DNA of 64,000 nucleotides from Camelus ferus (GCF_009834535.1 NC_045696.1:91142001-91206000), one strand, 5' to 3'; counted from the stretch's first letter, positions 24,850-38,860 are shown. Made by a program: numbers and translations. The notes: a model not told the origin generated them from the sequence alone.

Positions 24850-26556
24850 TTATTTTTTTCAAAAATGTTTATGAGGTATATTTACATACAATAAAATTAC
24901 CAATTTTAAGTGTATAATTTAATGAGATTTGATAGATATATGCATTTGTGTAACCACCATGGCCACAATATAAAGCATTTTCCATTTCCCTAGTGACTTT
25001 CTGCAGTCAATCCTCTCCCCACAGCCCCACTCCCTAGCAACCATTGATCTGCTTTCTGTCCCTTTTCTAGGATTTCATGTTTATGGACTCATATAATATA
25101 GTCTAATATCTGCCTTCTTTCACTTTGCATAATGCTTTTGAGAGTCATCCATGTTATTGTATCAGTAGTATGCTCCTTTTCATATTGCTTTGTATCAGTA
25201 ATTTTTTAAAAATTGTGCTATGTGTATCACTGATTCATTTATTTTTATTATTTTATATACCATAATTTGTTTAACCATTTGCCAACTGATGGACATTTGG
25301 GTTATTTCTGGATTTTGGCTATTATAAATAAAATTGCTATGAACATTTACATGCAAGTTTTTTTTCTTTTTTTATAAATGGACATATTCGTTTATTCTTT
25401 TTGGGTAGAAAACACAGGACTGTGATTGCTGAGTTATATGGTACTTGCTATGTTTAACTTTCTAAGACACTGCCAAGCTGCTCTCCAAAATGGCTGTACA
25501 ATTTCGCCCTCCTACCAGCGGTGTATGACAGCTCCAGTTGTTTCATATCCTTGCTAACACCTTCCATTTTCAGTCTTAAATTTTAGCCATTCTAGTTGGT
25601 ATGTAGTGGCATCTCATTGTGACTTTACTTTCATTTCGCTGATGACTAATGAAGCTGAGAATCTTTTCATGTGTTTATTTGCTATTTGTATATCTTCTTG
25701 CTTAAAATATCTGTTCAAGTCATTTGCCTGTTTTAAGAATGGGGGTTGTTTATCTTGTTATTACTGCATTGTAAGAGCTTTTTCTTAATATATTCTGAAT
25801 ATAAGTTCTTTATCAGATGTAAGTTTTGCAAATATATTCTCCCAGTCTGAGCTGCCTTTGCATCTTCCTAACAGTGTCATTTGAGAGTAAAGATTTCAAT
25901 TCTGATGAAGTCCAATTTATCAATTTTTACTTTATAGTTTATTTTTGTTTCTTATTTAGGAAATCTCTGACCTTCGATTCAAGAACATCCTTGAATTAAA
26001 TGTTATCTTACTTTCTTCCATGAGTTTTATAGTTTCAGCTCTCACATACAGGTTTTATTTATTTCAAACTAATTTTTGTATATGATGTCTAGCAAGGGTC
26101 AAGATTTGTATTTTTGCACATATATATCTAAATGTTCTATACCATTGATTGGAAAAGCCTTCATATCTCAATTTAATTATTCTGGCATTTTTCTTGAAAA
26201 TCACTTTACCATATGCATATGTGGATCTATTTCTAGACTCTCTATTCTGTTCCATATCAGTATGTTTATCCTTATGCCAGTACCACACTGCCTTTTCACG
26301 GCAGTGTCTTGAAATCTCACAAATTCTCTAATTTTTTAAAACAAGTTTATTTTGACTATTCTAGGCCCTTTGCATTTCTATGTAAATTATAGAATCTGCT
26401 TGACAATTTCTTCAGGAGAAAAAAATACAAAGGACTGACAGGGCTTTGGGGAAGAGGGAGGATTGTTTCACATTTATAGATTAATTTTGGGAAAATTGAC
26501 ATCTTAATGAGTCTTCTAATCCATAAATATGGTATAGCCTTCTATTTATTTCGGTC
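24850..26556 (-). mobile_element. Old L1M (L1MB/L1MC-like) 3' portion
   Basis: L1 3'UTR and ORF2 antisense text. Minus ORF 26064..26288 begins WYWHKDKHTD. Confidence 0.85.
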
Positions 26557-28322
26557 TTTTTATTGACATATAGTTGACATACAATATTATGTTGGTTTCA
26601 AGTGTTCAACATAGTGATTCAACATTTAAATACATTATGAAAATATTACCATGATAAGTGTAGTAACCATCTGTCACCATTCTAAATTATTAGTCTTACT
26701 GACTATATTCCTTGTACTATATATTACATCCTTATGACTTATTTATTTCATAACTGAAAGGTTGTACCTCCTAATCACCTTCACCTATGGTACCCAATTT
26801 ACCCCATCCCCCTCCCCTCTGGCAACCACCAGTTTGTTCTCTGTATCTATGGGTATGTTCTGTTTGGTTTTTTGTTTTTTAGATTCCACATACAAATGAA
26901 ATTTGTCCACATACAAATGTATTTGTCTTTCTCTGTCTGACCTATTCCACTTAACATATACCCTCTAGATTCATCTGTGTTGTTGCAAATGGCAAGATTT
27001 CATCCCTTTTTGTGGATAAGTAATATTGCATTGTGTGTGTGTATGTATATATATGTATACATCTTATTCTGCTTACCTATTGATGGACACTTAGGTTGCT
27101 TCCATATCTTGACTGTTACAAATAATGCTGCAATGAATGAAGGGGAGTATATATCTTTTAAAATTAGTGTTTATGTTTTCTTTGAGTAAGTACCTGAAGT
27201 GGAATTGCTGAATCATGTGGTAGTTCTGTTTTTAATTTTTTGAGGAAACTCCATATTGTTCTCCGTAGTGGCTACGGCAATTTACATTCCTACCAACAGT
27301 GTATGAGGGTTCCTTTTTTCCCACATCCTCATCAACACTTGTTACTTGTTGTCTTTTTGATTATTGCCATTCTGACAGGTGTGAAGTGATATCTCATTGT
27401 GGTTTTGATTTGCATTTCCCTGATGTTTAATGGTGTTGAGCATCTTTTCATGTAGCTGTGGGCTATTTGTATGTCTTCTTTGGAAAATATGTCTATTTAG
27501 GACTTCTACCCATTTTTAAATTAGATTGATTGGGAGTTTTTTGATATAGAGTTATGTAAGTCTTTTATATGTTTTGGATACTAACACCTTATGAGAAATA
27601 TCATTTGTAAATGCCTCTTTTCATTGAGTAGGTTGCCTTTTCATTTTGTTGTTTCCTTTGCTGTGCAGATTTTTTTTTTTAGTTTGATGTAGTTCCACTT
27701 GTTCATTTTTGCTTTTGTTGCTCTTGCCAAGGAGACAGATCCCCCAAAATGTTACTAAGACTGATGTCAGAAGTTTACTACTTATTTCTTTTAGGAGTTT
27801 CATGGTTTGGGGTCTTACATTTAAGTCTTTAGCCAATTTTCTGTTTATTTTTGTATATGGTGTAACAAAGTGGTCAATTTCAGTCTTCTGTATGTAGCTG
27901 TGCAGTTTTCCCAACACCATTTATTGAAGAAGCTGTCTTTTACCCATTGTATACCCTTGCTGCCTTTGCCATTTGCCATAGCCTAACTGACCGTATATGT
28001 GTGGGTTTATTTCTGAGCTCTCTATTTTGTTCCATTGATCTATGTGTTTATTTTCTTGCCAATATCATATTGTTTTGATTATTATAGCTTTGATTATTAT
28101 AAAAGTCCAATACTTCCAGCATTGTTCCTCTTTCTCAAGATAGCTGTATCTATTCAGTGTCTTTTGTGGTTCTATACTAATTTTAGGAGTATTTGTTCTA
28201 GTTCTGTGACAGATGCCATTGGTATTTTGATAGGGATTTCACTGCATCTATACATTGCTATAGATAGTATGGACATTTTAACAATATTAATTCTTTCAAT
28301 TCATGAGCATGGAATGACTTTC
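26557..28322 (-). mobile_element. Decayed LINE-1 (3'UTR and ORF2 C-terminal part), Laurasiatherian-type
   Basis: Antisense L1 text such as gatatctcattgtggttttgatttgcatttcc. Minus ORF 27621..27920 contains [15 protein letters not shown]. Confidence 0.9.
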
Positions 28323-29040
28323 CTTCAGCCATTATCTTTTCAAACATTGCTTTAAAAAATATTCTCTGTCCTATTTTTCTTGGACTGTAATTACATGTGT
28401 ATTAGATATATTCATTGAGTCTCATGACTCCTCCTCTTTTCTATATGTTCTAGCCTTCAAACTGCTTCAAGCTGCATACATTTTGCTAATTTATATTTCA
28501 GGTCTCTAATTTTCTCCTCATCTATGTTTTAAGTTCTGAAATGCCTGTTTGATTCTTTTAAAGGTAGATCCATATCTCTGATAAAATTCTTGTTATATCT
28601 TTTCACAGTTATTTTGAATTTCAGATTACCTATGGCTTTATTTTCATTTTCTATTTTTGCCCTTTGTTTTTATTCTTGCTATACCAGACAATTTTGATTG
28701 AATCACAGGCATTGGGTATGATGCATTGTAGAAGCTATGGTTGAAGTTATCTTTCTCCAGAGAATTTTCTTTAGCTTCTAGCAGGCATCTGGAGCATGCA
28801 ACTTAAACCCATTAAATGATTGACCTGATGTAAGGCTTGAGTTTCAGTCTTTATAAGTCCTGACCTATTTCTGATTCAACCTTACTCTTACAGTTTAATC
28901 AATGTAGCATCCCAGGCAAAAGCCTGCTTTTTGCCAGGCCATCTCTACACGGCAGACCTTCAGTCCCAATGTTTATATTCCCAGCGCCATAAGACAATTG
29001 ATAATCAGCCTCTTAGTTGATACTTTGTTTAGCTTTTTTT
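28323..29040 (-). mobile_element. Ancient L1/HAL1-like ORF1-region fragment; probably continuous with about 24550-24850 and 29810-30290
   Basis: ttcagccattatcttttcaaacatt...ggactgtaattacatgtgtattaga resembles antisense L1M/HAL1 ORF1-region consensus. Confidence 0.55.
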
Positions 29041-29044
29041 TTTT

Positions 29045-29810
29045 TAGCTAACAGAATTTATATTTCAGTCTTAGGTTTATAGAAAAATTGAGTGGCAAGT
29101 ACAGAGTTCCTATATATACACCCACTCTCACACACATATACAGCATCCCCTGTTATTAACGTCTTGCATTAGTATGGTACATTTATTACAATTGATGAGG
29201 TAATGTTGACACATTACTATTAACTAATATCCATAGCTTACATTAGGTTCTTTATGTTGTATATTCTGTGGGTTTTAACAAATGTATAATGCCATATAGC
29301 CACCATTATAGTATCATACAGAATAGTTACACAGTTTGTTTATCCATTCACTATTAAAGAATGGCTTCCAAGTTTTGGCAGTTATCAATAAACTACTATA
29401 AACATTTGTGTACATCATATGACTATTGAGCATCTTTTCATATGCTTATTTGCCATCTCTATATCTCTCTTCAGGTAAATTTCTTATTTTATAGTTTGTG
29501 TAGTTTGTTTTCGTATTGTAGAGTTTTAAGGGTTGTTTGTATATTTGGGATATCAGTCCTTTATCAAATGTGTGTTTTGCAAATATCTTCTCCCAGTCTC
29601 TGCTTTTCATTCTCTTAGTAGTATCTTTCACAGAATAGTTTTTAATTTTAATGAAGTCCAACTTAACAATTTTTTACTTCATAACTCATGCTTTTGGTAT
29701 TATATCTAAAAAAATTATCCCTGAACCCAAGATCAGGTAGATTTTTCCCTCTGTTATCTTCAAAAGTTTTATAGTTTTGTGTTTTACATTTAGGACTATG
29801 ATTCTGCTAA
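29045..29810 (-). mobile_element. Old L1M (L1MC-like) 3' end with internal deletions
   Basis: aggtttatagaaaaattgag..gtacagagttcc 3'UTR text. Minus ORF 29446..29661 contains DFIKIKN and WEKIFA. Confidence 0.8.
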
Positions 29811-30299
29811 GCTTTAAAAATTATCTAACTACACAGCTTACAAATCATCAAATAATCTTGGTAAGAAAGGATTTTAGACTCTTGTTTTTACTTTTCTGCC
29901 ATTCCTTCTCTCCAGAATCTTTACTCCTCAAGTCTTGCCTGCCTTGGTATCCCTGAACTCCAATTTTTGTCTCTCCAACCCTGTAAGATTCCTGAAAACT
30001 TTGCTTAGCTTCTTTGTCTTTTTTGTCTTTTTCTTTTTCCTCTCCACCTAAGATATTTATGAACTGGAAGTACCTTGAGGGAAAAAGAAGTGTAAAATAT
30101 CATGTTCACTCTAACGGTTTCCCTTTTTTCTGACACCTTCGTTCTTCAAGTCCTGGGTGATTTGGTAGCTCTCCAGTGTGTTCAAAATAAACCTTTTTAA
30201 ATGTTTAAATTAAGTCTATCTTTTCTAGTTGTTCTTGACAAAAGGATTGATCTGCTATGAGTCAGTCTTCCAACACTGGAAAGTACGGTTTAAAAAAAT

Positions 30300-30995
30300 C
30301 ATTCACACATTATCTTTCTTGCCTAAGAACCTCTGAAGGCTCCCCACTGCTGACAGGTCTGGCATACATGGAGTAGCATGCCTATGATATCCTTTATACA
30401 CTGGTTCATGCCTGTGTTTCTGGGTCCACTCTCCACCTCATACATGCCCTTGTCAAGCAATATTACAATTCTCAGTGCTTTCTCATATTTTGGGGGCTAT
30501 GCCTTTCCCCACAAAAACATTCTTCTCAGGGTCCTCCTAATTACCTAATTGCTCATCCTTCTACTCCAAGTCAAATGTCACCTTTTCTGGGAAACATTCC
30601 TTGACCTCTCTCCCAATGCAGAATTAATACTTTTCTCATCTATATTCTCATTGAGTATTTTGCAAACCCCAATCACGGTACTTTTCACATTGCATTTGAT
30701 TGTTTGTGTCTCTGTCTCTTACTTTAGACTGTGAGCTTTTCTATCACCAGTGCATAGCAGGACATGGCGTATAATAGGAGCTCAATAGATAATGTTGAAT
30801 GAATAAGTATATGTTTTCTTTGAATATGTCTCAGCAATACTGTTACTTCAATCACCTAATTCTTTTTTCATTCACTCAACTCATTCAGCAAGAGTTTACT
30901 GATCACCAACCATGTGTCAGGCACTTTTCTAGGAAACACAATAATGAGTAAGATAGAGTCAGTTATTGCCCTCATGGAGCTTCTAATCTAGAGAC
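30300..30995. mobile_element. Two L2 fragments tail-to-tail (about 30300-30810 on +, 30866-30995 on -)
   Basis: tagactgtgagct...ctcaatagataatgttgaatgaat, then cattcactcaactcattcagcaa...gccctcatggagctt. Confidence 0.7.
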
Positions 30996-32849
30996 GTTAA
31001 GCATTTCTTTTGTAAACATGCTTCTCATGTTGTTTGGCAGGAAGTAGTTTCAGCCAGAATGCTTCGTTCTTGGGTTTCTTTCTTTACTCTTTGTCCTAGA
31101 TGTGTTAAGCTAAGTGTCATTATTTGCAGCATTTCTCTCTTAACTATTATGCACCCTACGTACGTACCATGGAAACAGAAGGGCTCACATGCTGAGACTT
31201 CCCATCTTAGATAGCAATTAAAATATTTTAGATGGATCCTGTCAGTCAAGCTACAGAGAGTGTTTCACTAAGCAATGTAATTATTTTGTCTTCATTTTAA
31301 GTGGCAAGGATGTCAGATATTTGATGTTAATTGATACTGTCAATTGAAAGGCTGATAAAAAACTTTTGTTTAATGCCAGATAGCTATTTTGATGTTGGAC
31401 CTTTTTTCTCATTGAATAGACTCATTTTAGGGGATGAAGTCATGGAGGGCATTGGATATCTGAACTCTATAGTAAATTCATCATATGTGCTGGTGAAAAT
31501 AAAATGTTGAACATATTATTTCAAACACTTGAGAGTTTTTTATGTGATATTGTAATTTTTTGTTCAATTTACTATGTGTATCTGTATCTATGGAAATGAC
31601 ATATTCATGGAAGTAAAAATTATAGGCTATGAAAGAATTTTTTTCTGAAAAGAATATCCTAAATATTAAAGCTTATAAAATTTAAACTATGATTTAAAAA
31701 TTCTTACACTTAATAATTCTTACAGTGTTTTACTTGAATTGATCCATAAACCTAAAAATAACCGTTGCTTTTTTTTAGATCCCTATTTACCACATTTTTA
31801 ACACATGAAGCAAACAAAGCCTGGAAAAGTTATAGTTTTGCTATATAAGTTACAGATTATCTAAGCTAAAGTTCTCATTACTTAATAAAAGTTGTGCTTA
31901 AGACTTTAAACACTGCTTAAGAAAATAATTGAGAACTTAAAAAAATATGTTTAGTTTAAGTCAGCATACAATTATTAGAAGAACACATGGGGCATCTTTT
32001 AACAAGTTAAGGAGAAAATAGTTGACCCTAGAGTTTGTAACAGGTTTATTTACATTTAAACATTAAAGTGCTGTCTATAGGAGAAATAGAAAATCAAATC
32101 AAAATATTTGAGGGAGAGTAAATAATGGGTATTGGAGAAAGGAAACAATTCCGAAAGGAGTAAAATGTCTCTAAAATGTACACAAGTAACACCTTTCTTC
32201 AGATTTTGTACTAATCACCTTGGATAAGTTAACATTTAACAGTAAATTTCCCCATGATGACACTACAGAGAGGGGCAACGAATGCGACCCAGCATAGGAA
32301 GTGGGCCCAGAGTAAGAGCTGTGTGTGTGTGTGTGTGTAGGGGTACAGTTCTGCATGCAGATGTGTATGGAAATGTGATCCGAGTGCAAGAAGAATACAG
32401 CTTACCACAGAGCACAGTGCAGTTCACTGCTCAGCTACAAGCAGCAGCAAAGCCTCATTTGGCCACAGGGATACTCAGTACCAAAGAGCACGTGTGGGCC
32501 AGGGAAATTAACTAGCATGCATTGTTTAGAAGCTGCACAGAGGTAATAAATAGACTGTGACTTCTGGAATATTTACCGTTCACCTTGGGCTTTCCCTAAA
32601 GTGTAAACTTTCCTCAGCTTGAACCTGGTGAGAGATGTGAAGAAATCACAAAAATCCAGAGGGATATTAGTTGAGAAGACTCATTCTCTCTAATTAACAG
32701 GAAAAAAGACAACATAACTAAGGATTAGCTTTATGGGAGGGAATCTGAATGTAGGGAAGTTTTTAAGTAACTTTCCTCCCAGTTCAAACTCAAGCTCTGT
32801 GCTGGGACATCAGGACCTGTGGCACGTACTCGTAGTCAGTCAAAATATC

Positions 32850-33450
32850 TCATATTTCCCAGGCTTCTCCAGTCCTAGAGCTCTAGGCCATCTCCTGGTG
32901 GCTTGCCCTTCCATGCCTGGCACCCTGCATGTCTCCCTCAAGCACAAGTCTGGACACCTCTAGTCATGCTGCTCCTTCTGCCAAGGTGCTTATCTCCCCA
33001 TCCTTCAGGAATGCCACCCAACACTCAGAATTGACCTCAATACCCTGTTTTTCATGACCTTCCCACATCCCCTAGCCTCTGGTCCTTTGGGCTCACTTGG
33101 CAGGGATCACATTCAGCTGTATTTTATAGTCAGGTGTATACACCTCTGACTTTCCTCTTAGATTGTAAGTTCATTCAGGGGCACAGAATCTAGCCAATAA
33201 TAATAGTAACAGTAACAACAACAACAACAGTTACATGGCATTCTATAATACATAGCAGCTACATACCCTTTCTTCCTTTGTGCCTCCCAGCGGTCTTGTG
33301 AGGGCAGTAAAACAGGTAGACAGGTAGTGATTTCTCTAATTTGCAGGAGCAGAACCTGAGGTTCAGAAAGATTAAGCAATTTACTTTCAGGCACACAGCC
33401 AGGAACTCGAAGTCTCTAGACATGAGTTCAAGTCCTTTGACTCCACATTC
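32850..33450. mobile_element. L2 fragment (+, to about 33190) followed by a MIR (-, about 33200-33450)
   Basis: tagattgtaagttc..agggcacag; then gagcagaacctgaggttcagaaagattaagcaattt. Confidence 0.6.
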
Positions 33451-35272
33451 TAATTTTTCCTTGCCTAGTCCTGCTTCAGTAAAGGACTGTGAAATTAAAT
33501 TAAAGGAACCACTGGCCTACATCCTAACAAAAAGAAAATAAACTCTAAGGTTCAAGCTGGTGGAAAAGCTCATGGGGAAGGACCTTGGTTCGTGGTTTGG
33601 GATTTGCAGCTTCCCTAAACCTGTAACTGAATTTGACTTTGAATCAGTTGAAAAGAGGATATTTTCAACTTCATTTTGCTTGGGGTTTGTGTGAGCTCTG
33701 ATTATATGCAGCCAATCTGTACTCTTTCCTATTCATTTTGTCAAATAAGAGGCTTTCCTTTCCTCCATGAGAGGCACACTTAAATCTCATCAAAGTAAAT
33801 GGTGGGTCTTTTAGTTAACACGTAAGGCAAACCAAACAGAAAGGGCAGGAGATCTCCAGGAATGAATCTAGAGAAGCTTCTAACAAAGAAGTCAATTTGT
33901 ACATGGTGGACCAGAGGAAAAACCATCAGCAACACCAGGCAGTATCAACTGAGAAAACACTTTGAAGGAGATAAGCTTTGGCCTCTTGGTGCCTTGTAGC
34001 AGAATGACCTGAACACGCAACTCAGAAAGAGGCATCCACAGCGCCCATCCTGGGCACGGGCAGGCAAGACCCCCTCCCTCCGTGTGCTCTTTTGTACGGA
34101 GATTGTAAAGCTAGAGGGAACTTTGAGGGTACTCTTCTTAGGAACATGTTTTAATCCTCTTTTATTGGAAACTGCTCTCAGACAAAAATAAGAACACATC
34201 CTCTTTTGATGTTAAACATCTGAATTCTCCAGGATGTAGGTTCTAAGTTAGAATGTTATGTCTTTTATTTGCTAATATGAGTTTCTCTTGGGCTGATACC
34301 GCATCAGTGACAGCACAGTCAATGAAAAATTCTCTGCTAACAGTTGGTAACAAAGCAATTTAGAGTATCTGCCTCACAGCTCCCTTGCCTCAGGCTTAAA
34401 TCTGGTTTAGATACCACATAGAAATTTTTTAGAAGTCCCAGACACAAGGTTCCCAGGAAAATTTTGACTTATCCCGATACTGCCAGTGAATTCTCCCTTT
34501 TCTTTTGTGCCTATCATTATACAGTCCTGGGTACTATAAGATAAATTTTTAGACCCCAGACCACCCCAGTCTACTGGTAAAGGAGGGTCATATATATAAG
34601 GAATGGCAACCTTATGTGTCACCTGTTTTTGGAGGACCACCAGCCGTCAGCAAAGTTCTGTTCCATTTGATGATTTCCAGGAAGGCTCAGCTCTGTTCAT
34701 AAATAATCAGACCAGTAGCACAGGGGGTCTGATGGGCATTGCTGCTGCTTCAGGACCTCAGGTCACTGTGTATTAGTGTCTCTTGTAAAGCCTCCTGATA
34801 TATTGACATGCAAATGACTATTTCTTCTGGGCTCTGCCACCTATGCCCCCACAAACGCTGGTCACCATGGTCCAAGTCACTGCCAGACATCTCTGCAGCA
34901 TTCTGGATGCTCCATGGCACTCTGCAGCTCACTCCATGGCCAGAGCACAAAGCAGACAGTCTCTGTGCCCTCCTGTGTTACACCCTGCTAGCAGGGCTCC
35001 AAAGCAATACTTCTTTGTGCCTGCTGCTTTCTGCTGGTTTTATGGAAAACAGTTATTTCAATCATTACTCTGTAGCCCCCAAGAGCTCTTCCCTAGGGAA
35101 CTGGACTGGGAACAAAAGCCAGTGACAAACACCATGTGCACTCTTCCTTGCCTCCCCCGACCACCAGCCCATCTGAGGTTTTTGCCATGAGGCCCTTCTT
35201 GCCTACATCATTCCCTCTAACACAAGTTCTGAACATATTTAAGAATATGTTGTGAGTCATTTTGGACAGGGG

Positions 35273-35762
35273 GTAATTAGTTTTTTATTGTTGCTGTAAC
35301 AAATTTGTGTAAACTTAATGGCTTAGAACAACAGAAATTTATTGACTAATAGTTCCAGAGGTCAGAAGTCTGAAATGGGTCCACTGGGTTAGAGCCAAGG
35401 TGTTGGCAGGGTTGTGTTCTTCTGGAGGCTCTGGGGAAACACTTTTCTTCTCTTCTCCAACTTCTAGAGGCTGCCCTCATTCTTTGGCCCATGGCCCACT
35501 TCTGTCCTCAACACCAACATTGGCTTGTCAAGTCTCTCATGATGCCACATTTCTGGTTCTTTCTCTTCTTCCTCTTTTCCATTTATAAGGACTCATGTGA
35601 TTACATTGCATCCACCTGGATAATCCAAGATAACCCCCATCTCAATCACCTGAATCCTTAATTCCATCTACAATCATAATCCCTCTTTACCATGTAATAT
35701 AACTTATTCACAGGTTCCGGGGATTGTGGGCATGGGCACCTTGCACTTTTCTACTTACCACA
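35273..35762 (-). mobile_element. MaLR solo LTR (MLT1D/C-like)
   Basis: gctgtaacaaatt..ggcttagaacaacagaaattta..gtcagaagtctgaaatggg; ends ctacttaccaca. Confidence 0.85.
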
Positions 35763-38563
35763 AGTACTTTTTTGAAAGCAGAGCTCAGTGATAGTTGCTC
35801 ATGAGGGCTGTGCATGAGCAGTGGGCAGGATGGACCACATGAGTGAATGTAGGTCAGTTCAACTTGGGATTTCTCTGCCCTTCCTGATATAAGCCCAGGA
35901 AAAGACCTGCCCTTGTCCCTGGAGCATCCATCAATGACAGTTTGGCTATCCTAACTAGCCACTTTTTGTCCTTGCAAAGACTCTCTGCTGCTACACACAT
36001 TATCTACTCTTTCTTTCTTGAAATTTTCCATGCTTCAGACCCTCTGATCCCATAATCTGTCGGCTGCTGTGGATGTTGTCCTGATTTTGGCTGACCTTTT
36101 TCAAGGCCTCCAGACCCAAACTGATACTCTCATCCACATGCTAGTTGCCAGAAGTTGGACAAATAGGGGGCTACTTTGTTTACATCTGAACAGCATCTCC
36201 CCAGCTGGTCAGCATGTTTTATTGTGACCAGGAACTATTCCATCAGTTATATATATTGGTCCTTACCTTGACCCAGCATAGACCTTTCTTGAAAGGCAGA
36301 CATGGCACAACTGGGGCTTCCATGCTTTCTTTCCATTGATTAAAGACTAGGCACTTCCAGGCCACTGACACTGTCCTCAGCCTACTCTTACACAAGAGAC
36401 CTTCATGGTAAAGGAGAACCAAGATGGTGCTTATGAAACCATGACAAGTAGCACTTGTCAGAGGCACTTCCTCCCATATCCACCCTCCACCAGAGATCTG
36501 TGGGCAGGTTGTCAGTTTATCTCAGCCTCAAGGACAATTCTAGAATCCGTGATACTTTATGCAACATTTGTGGTGCTGACATGTACAGGCTGTCTACCCT
36601 TTGCCCTACAGAAATACATTTTCAGGTTTGGTCGATGAGGTGATGCTAAATGGCTTTCCGTTTCACCTTTCCTGGGATCTTTCATTTTGTTACATTTCTG
36701 TACCTGTTCAGATTTTGGTGTGCATACAACACTAATACCAGGGCTAGTCTTTCGTAGCATATTTTAGAACAAAATAAGCTTCAATGAAACAAAATACCAG
36801 CAAGTTTCCCTGGTTCTGAGATGGGCAGCTCATTTTCTTTAAAAGCACATGATATTCAGAGTAAGGATCTCTTGAGAATACCAGAAATCTTGCAAAAATT
36901 CCCATCTTGGCATTATTTTGATCTAATTTGTATTAAACAACATGAGAGCTTTAACTTAATTTAAGATGGAAATGTAAACCATTTCTAGTATCTGTACACC
37001 CCGAATGAATAATAAGTTGTCATTCTCATGCGGTGCAAATGCATCTCCCTAGTCTGAATTTTGAGAATTCCTCATTTTGCACATCCCTTGAGAAGGAGAC
37101 TCTCAAGAGAAAAGTAGGGAACAGTGAGAGGCAGCAAGTGGTTCGTGTGCCCCACAGCTAATTTGAGCATCAGTGATACCCTAAGCAGCATCCTGGCTGC
37201 CACCTATAATGAAGAACATGCTTATTTCTAATTTGTAGCATTTCTCCCTTTCCTGATTATACAAGATGGGTTCATTCATTATTAATTCAGTTTGTCAGAC
37301 AGCACGGCCCTCCAAGTGTCAGGCTTCCTTGTTTCCAGGCAGTGAGTTTGTGTAAGAGCAATGAAATTTCAGAATGCACAGATCAGCAAGCTCTCATCTG
37401 TACCTGATTAAAGTTAGATAGACCAACTTAACAGCCTTAAAATAATTCTACATGAAGCAGCAGGAGACCTTTCTATATTGTCCTTATTATTGAAAAGGAA
37501 ATGGACTAAAAAAATTGTTTCTTTTCTTCCAAACTATACCCGATTTGAAAGAGAGTAGGGGGAAATAAAATGATCCCTTTGTCTACACCATATATCTTCG
37601 AAATCAAAAATAGTGAAGAAGACATAACTCCGAGTTTACTGTTAAAAAGTCAGTATTTTAGTACACACACATGCATATCCGCATGAACATACACGTATAC
37701 ACACAATGATCCTTGCTTTGTAGAACTTTTAGCTTAATGTTAACCAGATCATGATATCATGATGTCAGTGAAGAGTGCTGGGCATGCCAGTGAGGATTCA
37801 GATGGATGTGATTCTCAGGGAAGGGGCTTGAATAAGCAGTCTGTTCATGGGTCATGTGACTGGGCTCCAGGACACAGCTGGAGAGAAGGAAAAAATAATG
37901 TGTCATGGGAAACAGACATAGGTACTGTGCATTTCAAAACAGTAATTATTATGTAAAAGACTGAGAAATAGATTCTAGCTGGTGTCCAAGTCATTTGAAT
38001 GAGCACTGGAACTATTTTTCTTTTGTAACCTCCTAGCTTTAGAGCAAGCAAGTAAATAAAAGGACTGGATGATGAAATCTTGACCTAAATACAACAAATT
38101 TCCATCTATGCCCATTGAGATTTTTTTGATAAAGGTTTCACTTGACCTTCTTTTCTTCTTTGTACTCATCAGAAATCCAGCACTTTAGTCAACAAAAAAA
38201 AACCCCTCTGGGCTGGTTCTTGCCCCTGGGATGGAGATGCCCACATATGTGGCAGGAAAATCATTCACATTTATGACTTTTGGACTAGCATTACCCCTGG
38301 AGAGTGCTTGGGAAAAGAGGAGCAACAGTGGTGCGAGGTCTGTGAGGGCTTATTTGTAGGGACTCACCAGCCAGAAAAATTAAGTGGACACTAGATAGAG
38401 CCTAAAGCTGGCACAGGGACAAAGAGGGCAGATTGCAACTATTGAGGATATGCAAGAAGTCTCATTTGCCTAAAGAATGTAGCTGGTAAAGCCTTCATAC
38501 GAGTTGCCAAAAATTTCATCCTCCAAATATAAAGGAAACAACAAAGGTAATTTCTCCTCTACA

Positions 38564-38652
38564 CCAATGGTTCTCATCAGGGAGAAGAGGAGCAATTTTG
38601 CCTTCTGGAAGACACTTTTGGTTGTCAAAACTGGGAAAGAGAGCCTTGCTAT
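38564..38652. mobile_element. MER20-like hAT fragment
   Basis: caatggttctca...caattttgcc...gacacttttggttgtcaaaactggg. Confidence 0.5.
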
Positions 38653-38689
38653 GAGCAGAGAAGGAAAGAGAAAGGGGAATAGCTAGCCA

Positions 38690-38860
38690 GTCTTTGCCAT
38701 AACCTCATTGAGCATCAGTTTTCCCATCTGCATGATGGACATCATAAGTTACCTTATTTGGTTTTGTAAATATTACATGAGATGATGTATGTAAAGTGCT
38801 TATCACAGTGCCTGACACATAGTAATACTTCAACAAATGATTACTGTTATTAGCATTACT
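38690..38860 (+). mobile_element. MIR 3' part
   Basis: gagcatcagttttcccatctg ... gtatgtaaagtgcttatcacagtgcctgacacatagta. Confidence 0.8.

Noticed and set aside
34750..35190. Three overlapping ORFs of 66-115 aa
   Set aside because: Expected in locally GC-richer DNA; no recognisable protein.
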